In this document: piece after piece, positions 24,701 to 35,656 of the stretch | Position numbering within the stretch: the first letter of the stretch is position 1 | Layout: each line of letters opens with the position of its first letter | NCBI GenBank assembly: GCA_905178155.1 | Contig: CAJINV010000003.1 | Coordinates: 4,153,253 to 4,217,252 of the forward strand | Origin: Amoebophrya sp. A120 | Lineage: Eukaryota > Protista > Dinoflagellata | Length of the DNA: 64,000 nt | Reading direction: 5' to 3' | Notes under the pieces: generated by a model | The model's input: the letters and a program-made list of their open reading frames with translations, nothing else | Told to the model about the DNA's origin: nothing | Databases searched by the model: none | Made by a program: the position numbers and the translations under genes

Positions 24701-27154
24701 CCACTGTGGATGGTGCGCTGGAGGAACTGGGTCGTCCCGACGTACTTTTGCTGGTTTTACTATCATCCGCCGTGGATTGGGATTCTTTGTTTCTGCCCGA
24801 TTTCAAATATCGGCCCCACACGAAGTTTGAGGTGCCAAACTTGGCCAGGAACCGCCAGATGTCGAGAAACTTTTTTCGGTCTCCCATCAACCGGAGAAAC
24901 TGGAACGGCGCTGCGTTTACCCGATTCGGAAACAAACTGCGCCAGTACCCGATTTCGGTTTCCAGGACGTCCGAGAGTTTTTCGTAGTTGATTCCGCTCT
25001 GGTGCCAGTCCTCGAGGCGGGCGTAGGTCTGCGAGAAAGCGCCCATTGGAAGCATCGCATCCTTCTCGAGCACGGCCAAGCAATGCTTCAAGAACCAGTA
25101 GAACAGCGTCACCTGCGCGATTGGGTGCCATTGCTGGAACAACTCCGCGTGTTCCCGATGCAGGAGCAGCTGCAACTCCTCGGCTTTCGGATTATCATGA
25201 TCATCATCATGTGGTGCGTCGCTATAATTGTTCTGCTCGGCTTTATTAGACTCAGTATCAGCACGCCTTGATGATGATGATGTCGTGAAAACAGGAACGC
25301 GGAAGAAGTACTGGATGTGTTCGGAGGTCAGTCCAGCTGGAAGCGTTTCACCCTCGCCCTCCTCCGTTATTGCACCGGACGATGTCGCGGGGACACCAGT
25401 ATCCGTTTTTGCGGTGCGAGAACGCAGGCGGTCCAGTATTTTTCGCTCGCGCTTGACCTTGTCATCGATTATGATCCCGGATACTTGCTGCGAGTCTTCA
25501 GCGCCCGCACGAACCAGGGAAACTTGGAACTCATGATCAAACCAGTTTCCAAACGACATCGGAAAATAGACGCGAATTTGCCGCGTTTGCCGCTGGAGAA
25601 AGCGTCCGGTAAGACCCAGGTACATTCCACGCAAGCGGGGGGACGTGTCTAACGATGTCGGAGCAGGGTGCTCATCTTCCGGATTTGTAGTTTCTTGTTG
25701 GCCCGTATTGTGCTGTGTCATTGCTATTGTATCTGTCGTGGTCGTCTTCCCCGCTGGTTGTGGTTGCGGCGCGGAGACAATAACTTTTTGAAAGACTTCG
25801 TCGGAGAATTCTGCAAGGTCATCCCAAATCGGAATCAGAATGCTGATCAACGACAAGAAACGCAGGTCGTTACTTTCTGTCCGACGATTTTGATGTGCCC
25901 TAGTTGACGTCGTGTCGCCACCACGATCTTCTCCGCTGGAAAGCAAGTCCGGCAGCGCCATTCTCAAGCCGCGGTCGTCGTGAACGGGCGCCGACACAGG
26001 CCTCCGATTTGCTTTAATTGCCCTCGCAGGCTCTGCCTCGTCGTCGTTTCTGAGGGCAGCTGCTCCTCCGTGCGCAGCGGCGAATTCCAGTAGCAGTTGG
26101 AACAGCAGCAAAAAGTCGGGCGTGTGGTCGCAGTTGCGGAAAAAGCTTTTGATCAACTTCGCGAAGTGGAACGGTTCTGCCTGCTCGTAGTTCATAATCT
26201 TGTACAACAGACTCGCGTCCCGGGGCACAACTGCCTCGCCTACGAACGAACTACTGTGCAAGGCTCGCATACCCTCGGTCATCTCGTTATTCTGCTTGCC
26301 CTCCTCGACATCTTCCGTTTTTTTGTCTTCTAGTGTTGTTGTAGAGCCTTCGTCGTCCTCGCGATGATCCCCACCTTCTCGTTCTTGTGTGTAAAATTCG
26401 TTGCTCAACTGCTCGGCTTTTCTGTCGATCAAGAACTGCACTACTTGCAGAAACGGCTCCCAGTGGGTTTTCGCGAAGGATCTGTAGTTGAAAAGTATAG
26501 CAGTTTTTCTTCTTTTCATACAAAACGAGCAGACATATTGAGTACACAGGATCCAATCTCAACAGTAACGCTTTCTGCAAGAAGCTTAATTTTTGCGAGT
26601 TTGCATGATGCAACGAACAGCACGAAAAGTGCTGCATTTGTGCGTGATGCCTCCAAACACTTCTACTTTTTCTTTATCATGGGTACAAATGCGATATCAT
26701 TATCATCATCATCATCATCACGACTGAATACAGGAGAATCATCTTCGCACCGCTCGTCGGCTGGCGTCAACAAGCGATCCAGCTCATCCAGACCTCTCGG
26801 CAGCACTTCATTCCGCACCATATGCTCGTCTATCTTCTGAATCTGGGCGACCGACAACTCAGACAAAGAAAATGGAAATGCAGCACACTGGAGGACGACG
26901 GGCGAAGTTGTACTTGATTGGTCTCGCACCGCGGCCTCTGCCCCTGCGTCGGTAGCCCTGCGCGCCTCGTCGCCCTCTGCAGATCCAAATAAATTCCTAC
27001 TTTCCCGCCCGTCTTGCTGCACGCCAACGGATATGCTGGTCGTGCTCGGATTGGGAGCTCCATTAGCGACCGTTGCAAGTGCAACGAGGATAAAAACAGC
27101 TGTTCGCGACATCGCGAGGAGAAGTACTCCGGCTGAAAGCAATCGGGCAAACAT
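21735..27154 (-). CDS. Large signal-peptide protein (~1,740 aa) with a degenerate FkbM/Methyltransf_21-like domain
   Basis: Exon 1 (27154-~26667) starts with the hydrophobic leader MFARLLSAGVLLLAM...VFILVALATVANG. The acceptor CTACAG at 26482 opens exon 2 (26481-21735). The region ~23460-22490 reads FYVDVGVG...WTGIMLD...PENVVAEVFPRRQVPFDFAFLVLQIDSFSWHVLRAIL...PKVIQIE...AAIKQLGNAFGYDV, resembling FkbM-like methyltransferases (recognised by eye). Confidence 0.7.
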
Positions 27155-27479
27155 GGTGCTGGCTTGGCGCTCAAGATACAACTACGCAGACGTGCATAAG
27201 AGTACCTATTAAAGACGACGACTTCTCTACAAGAATGATCCGAAGACATTTATTATCTTCATTCTAACGGCGTAAAAGACATGCTCGGGTCTTCTCCGTC
27301 AATCTCAATTTCCAGCTTTGATCATTTTTCCATGCTGATAGATACCTTCTACTTCTCTCTGTTTCTAGAAGAAACAGCGACAATTAGCGTGCACGGACTC
27401 GGCGCATCACCACTAGTGCCCCACGTAGCCAGCGATGGTTGATGGTGGAGAACAATACTTAACCACGAAATAGCTGGCG

Positions 27480-28800
27480 CGCCTCAACACCAAGGATGGA
27501 ACCCGCGGACGGCGCCCGACCCCGGCCTCGCGAGCCACAACTGCGGCACTCCGCCTTCAAAAGATAAATATCCTGACTGCTACGCATCTGGATACTAGGC
27601 AGACCGCCCCTCTTCAACACCTGAGCAGCGCTAAGATGAGCGAACGGGGCACAACAAACATGCTACTCGCTCGCCGGCCCTGGTCAGGGCCCTCGCAGCG
27701 GCGCAAGAAAGGGCAAGGTAGGGCGACCGACGACAAGGTAGGAAGCGCGCCGGGCGGCGGGTTACCACACGGAGGCGACCGGGCGAGCTGCAAGGGCGCC
27801 CGATAAATCCATCGGACAACCATCCCACCAGCCAATAGCGCCCCAAACTCTTAGCCCGGCTTTGGCGACCCAATTCTGGGCCCGGGCTCGCAAATCTTCA
27901 AAGCATGCAACGCCCGCCCCAGGGAGATGCGGCGACACAACCAGCGCGCCAAGCCCGGGCGCGCACTGTGCTCGCCCGCCGGCATTTGAAACGCGAACCG
28001 CCCCCCGCTGTACAACGTGCGCCGGCCACAGGAAGGACGAGGGCCGGCAATGCTGATGCTTTTCGCTCCAGGCCGCGGCTGGCCAAGTGTAGCGGCTGAG
28101 CGCGTCGGCCCGCCCGCACGCCGGCCGCGCAAAAAGGGCGGCCCCCTGTGCGAAGCCCTGGAACTGCGGGCGCCCCGCGCCCCGCCTGTATTGCGCCTAG
28201 CCGGGGGCCCTGGTTCCACCGCGTGGAGATTACTGCAAAGCCTGCCGGGCCTATTGTCGGGCCCCCCACGAATGTACCCACCGCCCCCAGGAATTAATCT
28301 CCCGGCGGCGCGCGGCGGTGCCCCGGGCCCCTTGCCGGATTGCGCCGCGCCTTTGAGCCCAATCGCCTCCGGCCCCCTGCAAAACCCCAAAGCGCCCGCC
28401 CGGGCCCTCGTTGCGCCGCCCCTGGTCGACCGCGCGCCGGGGAAACACATGAACACCGAAAAAATTCGGCCCCCGGGACCGGGGCACGTCTTCGAACCTG
28501 TGAGCGGTAACTGCAGGCACGGATCACGCCGGTCATCATTGTGCAGAAGGGGCTGCCTGAGTGTCGCAACGCTTCGCGCGCGAATTTTCTAGCGCTCGCG
28601 CGCAGTTCTTCATGGGTCGCGCACCTAGCGAAGGAAATGCTTGCCGGAGGTGGGTCAGAGTGCTGGCCACCGGGCTGAAGACAGTGGGCGCCTCTGCTAC
28701 ATTTCCGGCGCTCAGCGGAAAGCTCCCCGCGGAGGCTCGCGGAGTTTCTCGCCAATCGCTCGGCTTCATCTTTCTGTGGACTTTCGTTTGTGCTGCGACT
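27480..28800. other. GC-rich, homopolymer-rich island of unknown nature (degenerate mobile element or poor-quality sequence)
   Basis: Abrupt rise in GC with dense G/C/A runs. All six frames give only non-protein-like ORFs. No terminal repeats were found and the boundaries are approximate. Confidence 0.35.
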
Positions 28801-31800
28801 CACTAATCGTTTGTATTTCGGGCCCCGTGGTGAATCTTCAACTGCAACGCGAACACCAACAAGCAATTAGCTGCTCTGATCATGTCTCATCAGTGATCAC
28901 ACTTACAGGCATCCTCTTCACGAGCGTGAGCGAAACCAAAACAAAAACTCCTTGGGGTCCACAGATTCTTGTTGTTTTATGTTTTATTTTCTTCGTAGAT
29001 TAAGACTTTTGCGCGCTCAGAGCAGACAGCTATATTTTGCTCTGCGTCGCAGTCTACGCGCTCTGTACTGTTGCAATGATATTCATATTATTTCTAGAAA
29101 TATTTTGATATCGAGATGCCACCAAGAACATCTAATCATACACCCACAGAAAAGAAAGAGAAACGCCTCCCCTGAACAAGTAAGCGCACCATCATGAGCA
29201 GCAACATCATCCGTAGGCAATCTTCCCGCAACATCGATAGCTGCAATCGCAAGCACGTCACTAAGTCCTAAGTGGCGCAACTACGCCGGCGGGAAGATTC
29301 GACCTTCCGAAATCACTCGAGATAGACAAGCGCCTTGATGAGCAAGGGGGTTGAGGGTAGTTGTAGTTCCAGTCCAAAAGAAAAATGCAAAGGGTTGTTC
29401 TGCAGTAGTCGAACATACGTTGAAGAAGTGGTACATCACCGCGACGCTACGAGCGGACGGCGACTGTGCTAGGGCTGCCGCAGTGCGACGAGCAGCAGAA
29501 GGCTGTTGCGCAAAGCTGCGACACGGCACCGCGAAGAACAATCGCACTGATCCTGCTTCGGTCGGTCCTCGTCGTTTAAAAATTTTTGCAAGAAGCGAGC
29601 GCACCACAACAGGTGCATTCGCCTGGCCTCGAGAGTGTAGTACAGGATCAAGAACTTGACTCACACGTCGACCGTGAGACGTAAGTACTTACGTACAAGT
29701 AGAAGCTACAACTTGCCCCGAGAGAGTAGAGCGGTGTACTCCTGCTGTGTCGGGTAGTCTGCGATCGATCGCTCCAGTCTTCGGAACGTCTCCTGTCCAT
29801 CAGCACCGAGTACGACGAGGCCGCCCAGCCGCGGGGACGCGCCGCGAAGGTTCCACTGCGTCCACGTCGTCAAACGGTGCGCGCAGCAGCCCGCAAAACA
29901 CAGGATCCGCAGCAATGCGCGGAGCCCCAACGCGGCCCACACCGAGCGTATTCGCGGGCGCCCCAAGTAGTCGTCCCATTTCCGATCCACGTCGCGCACT
30001 ACAGAAACCGCTTCCAGATTTACCTTCAAAAAGTCACGAGCAGCGCGTGTCGTCAATAAATGACGAAGGCCTACTAGTCCTCATTTGCGTTTTGTGTGAT
30101 AAAAACTAAGTACCTCTCGCACATGATCATACCATGCGGCCTGTCCGAAGAAAAAGAAAAATGAATGTCAGCACACAAGTTGTACATATTATGAGGCTTC
30201 AGGATCTTCTACGTCGTGGAGGACTCATCGCTTGCTAGAGCGTACGTGATGGTGATGTCTCTTATCGTCAAACAAATTGCGTCTTGACCATACCTTCTTT
30301 TTGAAGAGTTCTATGCTTTCTCGGGGTTCCTTCTCGCCGACCACGAAAACGACGCGGCATTTTTCTTGGATATCAGCAGCCAAAGCGGCATGGGCTCGAC
30401 ATAGGTTCTCGGCATTTGTCAGTCAGAGAAGTCAGCCTGCCCGACGAACTACATAGATGAGCACGAAGTTCGGCGCTGTAGTGGTGTCCACGCTACCCGA
30501 AATTCCCGCTGCTCCGGGATTCGGAGGCCACAACCGGCCGGCAATTAAATCGTCTGCATGAAAAACGGGAGGCGAGGTCGCTGCGCCGACTGAGGGTACA
30601 ACGTTGTGCTTCTCTAATCCGGATGACATAGTTCTAATCTGTGATGCGGATGTGCATGTGGTCGAATCATCGAACAAAATAAGTACAATGCGCTCCACTA
30701 TTGCCGACAGCACTTTTTCCGTGCTGGATGCAAATGAAATCTGAAAATACTAGTTCTCAATCCAGAAGAGGAAAAGCTGGAGCGCTGCTTGATCTGGTAT
30801 GGCGCTCCTGCAATGGTCCACAGATTCAGATATTCATATTTCTACCACTTATTGTTATTTGTACTTGTAGATGCTTTCTATTTCTTGCTCGTAGAATAAA
30901 TGACAAATGTTTCTTGGACAACACCAACAACGGCGACGACGTTCATCAGGGTCACCGCAAGACAAAAAAAAGCTCTGTGAAGAGGAACGGACGTGGCGCA
31001 GCCGAAGACACGAAAAAGGTACGCACAAGTATGGGCGCACATGTACGAGGACATCAAGCGAAATGCCCCGATTTCTTCAGGTGTCTTGCGTTAATGTGAT
31101 TCAATGGTTTACACGGAAGAGATACATCACATCACAGTAGAATACGGCGTCCCCTCTTTGCAAGAACGGATTCATTTTTCTCAACATTGTCTTTTCTTGA
31201 TACAGGTCTTCTTGTCGTTCGGGTTCGTGGTCGCTTGTTGTCAACTACTACAGAAGCGCTCCGGGCGTGGCTAATGACTTTTAATGTTCTGGAATAGAAG
31301 GGGCTAAGGCACGGGCGCCCGCTGGCCGTGACCTCATCATCAACTAGTGGGTGGCTTCACAACTCACAGCCAGCGACCGGAATGAACTCTTTCGGAAGTG
31401 GACTGTTTCAGAAGTACGGAATAAAAAACAAAGACGGTAGAGCTATCGTAATTTGAAACCGTGAGCGTGACGGACGACCCTATGTATATGATGATGAAGA
31501 AGAGTCTGCACCTCCGTATTGATGTAGCCAAGAAGCATCTTCCACGCACACAAGGAAGCCCCCTAGTGCAACTGTTGCAGCGCCATCGCCAACGCTGAGA
31601 AAATAAACAGTGGCGCTTTATTGATGATGATGGCTGGTCGCGGTCGCGTGGTAGCTGGTCGTGTGGTAGCTGGTCGTAAAGAAATTCAAGCCATTCTCGC
31701 TGTGTCGCTTTGCCGTCTGTAGTAGGAAAGGGTCGTGGTGTTGTACTAGTTGATTCTTCACGCTGCATGGGACGAACGTCAAAGTTGTGGAATACTTATT

Positions 31801-32450
31801 AGGTAAAGTACGTGTAGCAGCTGCTCTGTGCATGGTACTATGCCCAGAGGTTCTTCATGGTTCAACATCTGCTCGCACGTATAGAAAGAACGACCTGTCT
31901 GTCGGAGAAGCAGCAGGCCGCTGTGGACTTTTTAAAAACATCGTGTGGTTAATTTTTGCGAAGCAAGGACCCGTAGACGAATGAATCCCGGATGATGATG
32001 TGAATGTCGTCAGCTAAAAACTAAAACTTGCTCGACTACAAGCCGAGATGCGCTTTATTTACTCGTCTTTTTCTTTTATTTGCATCTACTTCGTCATTCC
32101 TCCCGCTTCGATGAACGGCGACTTACACCAACGTGAACTTTGCTCCTTGGCGCAACAAGTAACCCTGACTCGAGCTCCGCTCACACTGGTGAAGATAGCG
32201 CCACCCCCGACGAGCAGCTGCAAACTGTAAAACGGTTTACAAGTACGTCTGTCATACGATTCGATACCGATAAAGGATGTAATGTCAAGTCAATAAAATA
32301 AGAGTTGTCGTGTCGTCGTGTCAATAAATGAGTGAAGGATATTAAAAACGTCGATTCTGCTTAATTCATCTTGGTGAAATAGGGTTCTTCTAGTAGAGTT
32401 GTGCTTTTGATAAAAATTTCGATATGTAATATCCGTATTGTCGTCTCCTA

Positions 32451-33831
32451 TCAGCCTTTCTTGGCATTTTTCACCGGCTTCAGGACCTTGAAGGAACACA
32501 TCAGTGTCTCGTCTACCGTCATCATAGCACCCGCATTGTCGAATTCCCCGCAGTAATTCGGTGCTGAAAACAACGTAATCAGCTGTCGCTTCGCAAAAAA
32601 TTCATACCTGGGGTGCAAAATTGAAATTTTATTATGATCGTATGTTTTGCATCGAGATATCTTCAATCTACGTTGTTACTACACATGCACCTCGGAAGTA
32701 AGAGGACTTGAGTTTTTTCTGACCAAAATATTGCAAATGCGATTTACATTTATTGGATTACTTGCATTGCAAAGAAATAAAGTGCCGCAACAGATTTTTC
32801 CAAGAAATAAGCTTTTCATTTTCTTACCCGTCCTCTACTACTTGGTGTGCTCGGCAGATGAGGTCCATGTCGTGTTTTCTCAAGAAGGATTGGACCACGT
32901 CGGGGCCGAAGACAAAGCTGACTCCTCGGTCGTTCTCCGCCCACCCGGTGATGTCCTTCTCGGGGTCGGCCCAGAGGAGGTCGCAGAGCAACCCGGTGTC
33001 TGGGACGTCGGTTGGTCTCACGATGCGCTTGATCTGGTCCATGCTGGTGATCTCGGGTGACAACCCGCCGTGCATGCAGAGAATCTTCTCGTCCACTACC
33101 GCCGCCACTGGGAAGCAGTTGAAGGCGTCGCAGAACGTCTTCCACAGCTTGATGTTGTATCGTCGCTTGCACTCGTCGTAAAACCCGTAAATCCTTGTAA
33201 TCGAGGCGCACTCGTGGTTCCCTCGGAGCAGAAAAAAGTTCTCCGGATATTTTACCTAAATTTTTCGTTACACAATTTAAATTTGATTCCTTAGCACCAG
33301 GTCGCTCTCGTGTTTTTCATCTTGTTGAAATAGAGCGTCCTCCTGGTCGACATGAACATGATCAAGTAGAGACCTATACATAGATAGGCATCAAGAAGCC
33401 CGCTGAAAATCTTTGATGCTAGGGCATACATCAGAGAAATCATGAATCATGCAAAACCAAAATGCCCCATGACAAGTCTTGACCTATAGTACCTTGTAGC
33501 ACATGAGGAGGCAGATGGTTTCTAGTGACTGTTTGCCGCGGTCGACATAGTCGCCGAGGAAGAGGTAGTTTGATTCTGGAGGGAAGCCGCCGTACTCGAA
33601 CAACCGCAGCAGGTCGTGGTACTGCCCGTGTATGTCTCCGCAGATCTTCAGCGGGGCCTCGAGTTCCAACAGCGCGGGTTGTGACAATACGATCATTCTT
33701 GTTGCGTTGCACAGTTTTCGCACCTCGCCTTCCATCAACTGGATCAACTTCCCCGGCTTCGCCCCCCTGGCCTCCAGCAGTTGTGTGGTGTAGTTGTCCA
33801 CATCCTCGTTCGTTATCTCACCGCCCGACAT
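32451..33831 (-). CDS. PP1: Serine/threonine protein phosphatase 1 catalytic subunit (307 aa, 3 exons)
   Basis: Exons 33831-33493, 33255-32828 and 32607-32451 total 924 nt, with GT-AG introns of 237 and 220 nt. Motifs [38 protein letters not shown] and the PP1-specific [10 protein letters not shown] are present. Confidence 0.98.
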
Positions 33832-35656
33832 GGTATTTTTATTTTTGCTTGGTTCGTTGTAGTATTCAAAAAGAACCCTCGGTTGCAGTGTGATGTGGCA
33901 CCACTCTTAGGTTCTTGCGTTCTTAGTATACCAAAAAACTGTCACGAAATCTTCATCGAGCTCGCTTTTCTGTATCTCTATCTGTATGGTAGTCTATCGA
34001 GTTCGATTCTTTTTACACTACTATAACCGCTCTACTTGTTGATTATGAGTTCTTCAACATGTGTTCGTGTTGTTCAATAGGCGGGGGTGTTACAAATGTT
34101 TATTCATGCCAGTTACCGTTCGACAAAATTATCAAGCAGCCGATACCGGGTTGAGGTTTTGTCTCGCGAACATATGAGAAGTACTGGAAAATTCTAAAAA
34201 ATCTGTAAGACTAAGAAATGACAGTTTTTTAATATTCTGCGGTCTCTACGACTACAACAGGAACCAACAGGCACGCCCTCCTATAAATTATCGTGCTGGA
34301 CGGTACAACCTAACACTAAAACAGCGCACGCTTTTAGCGGAGTTAGCTTTTCTATTTTCCAAGCCGCCGGTTCTACTACTAGAAAGGACCAACAGAAAAC
34401 ACAATCTTCGATGAAGTTGAAGACCCACAAAGTCAGAACATCAGATGCGACAAAATGAAAGTGCTTTACCTAGTGTTCGCCTGCGGAGCGAGCGAGTCTC
34501 GCTACACCCACACTAAGGGTAAAATTTTCTACCTTCTTTCAAAACTTAAATATCGTTTACTAGAGGGTCCAAGACGTCGTCTTTCTGGATCTTTTCTTGA
34601 CTCAGCTTGTTTATGGTGCAGTACTGAAACTAGCAAAAGTATATTTAGTTAACGCACTAGATTCTTTATTGCGCTGCGTTTCGTGCTTACTTACTCGTGT
34701 CAAAAATCATAATGGTGACTGGGGAGAGAGCTGCATGCGATCAGCTTTCTAATTCTAACGTCTCTCTGAAACTGAGGATCGAAACTACAACTGAGGGAAA
34801 CACCAGAGTGAGACGAGGGAGGAAATGAAAAGGGGGAATGAAAAATTTACAGGTCTTAGTTTCGATGGTTTCTAAACAAATTCAAACCTACTGTAGAAAG
34901 ATTGATTGTCCCTGACCCTGTCACAATTGAAGTAGTTGAAGTCGATATTAGAGCTCAATATACGTGGCTGACGACCCAAAATCGAGTACGGTACTAGGTT
35001 GTATGATCTTGATCCCCGATAGTCTCTCTTGAAGTATTGTTTGCAATGGCATCGAAAAAACGTGAACGTCATTACCGATGCATCGAATCTCTCTGCATGT
35101 TCATACTCATAGCCTTTTGTGAAAAAATTGTTCTTCCGATCATATTACGGCAAGGAACACGGCTACCTAACATGATGCATAAATAAGTAGCATATCGTTA
35201 TTGATTGCAACTACTGCTGCTTCTAATTCAGATTATTGCTGGCTTATTGATTCTCGTCGAGCCTGTCGTAGGGGTAAGTATGCTCCGTTTGTTGCGCGCG
35301 TTATTTTTAGAGCAGGTCTCATGCGCTTTAGCAAGCTCTTCGAATTACCTAGATACTATCTACTACAAATAGAATATTTTGATCTTGTCCCATGCGTAGC
35401 AGTTGCAGTGTCAGAATGTAGCCGTCGCTGAGAAGTGTAGCTTTTTCTTTTTGACGAGTATCCCAGCACTTTCGGATTTATGCCCACGAGAACAAACAGT
35501 ATGTAGCTCACTCGGTGGAGGCTTACGAGCAAGCAAGAAAGAACGAGCACGGCGGGAGCAACGAGGTTGTCTGCTAAAATTTTCATCTCGTCAAACATCA
35601 AGAACGCCAACGCCACCGTTCAGGACAATTCCAGGTTTGCATGATAGTGAGCAGAA

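Noticed and set aside
29281-31833. Several 70-135 aa ORFs and a short 15-bp repeat (31628-31677)
   Set aside because: No recognisable family or consistent exon chain; they cannot be supported as genes.
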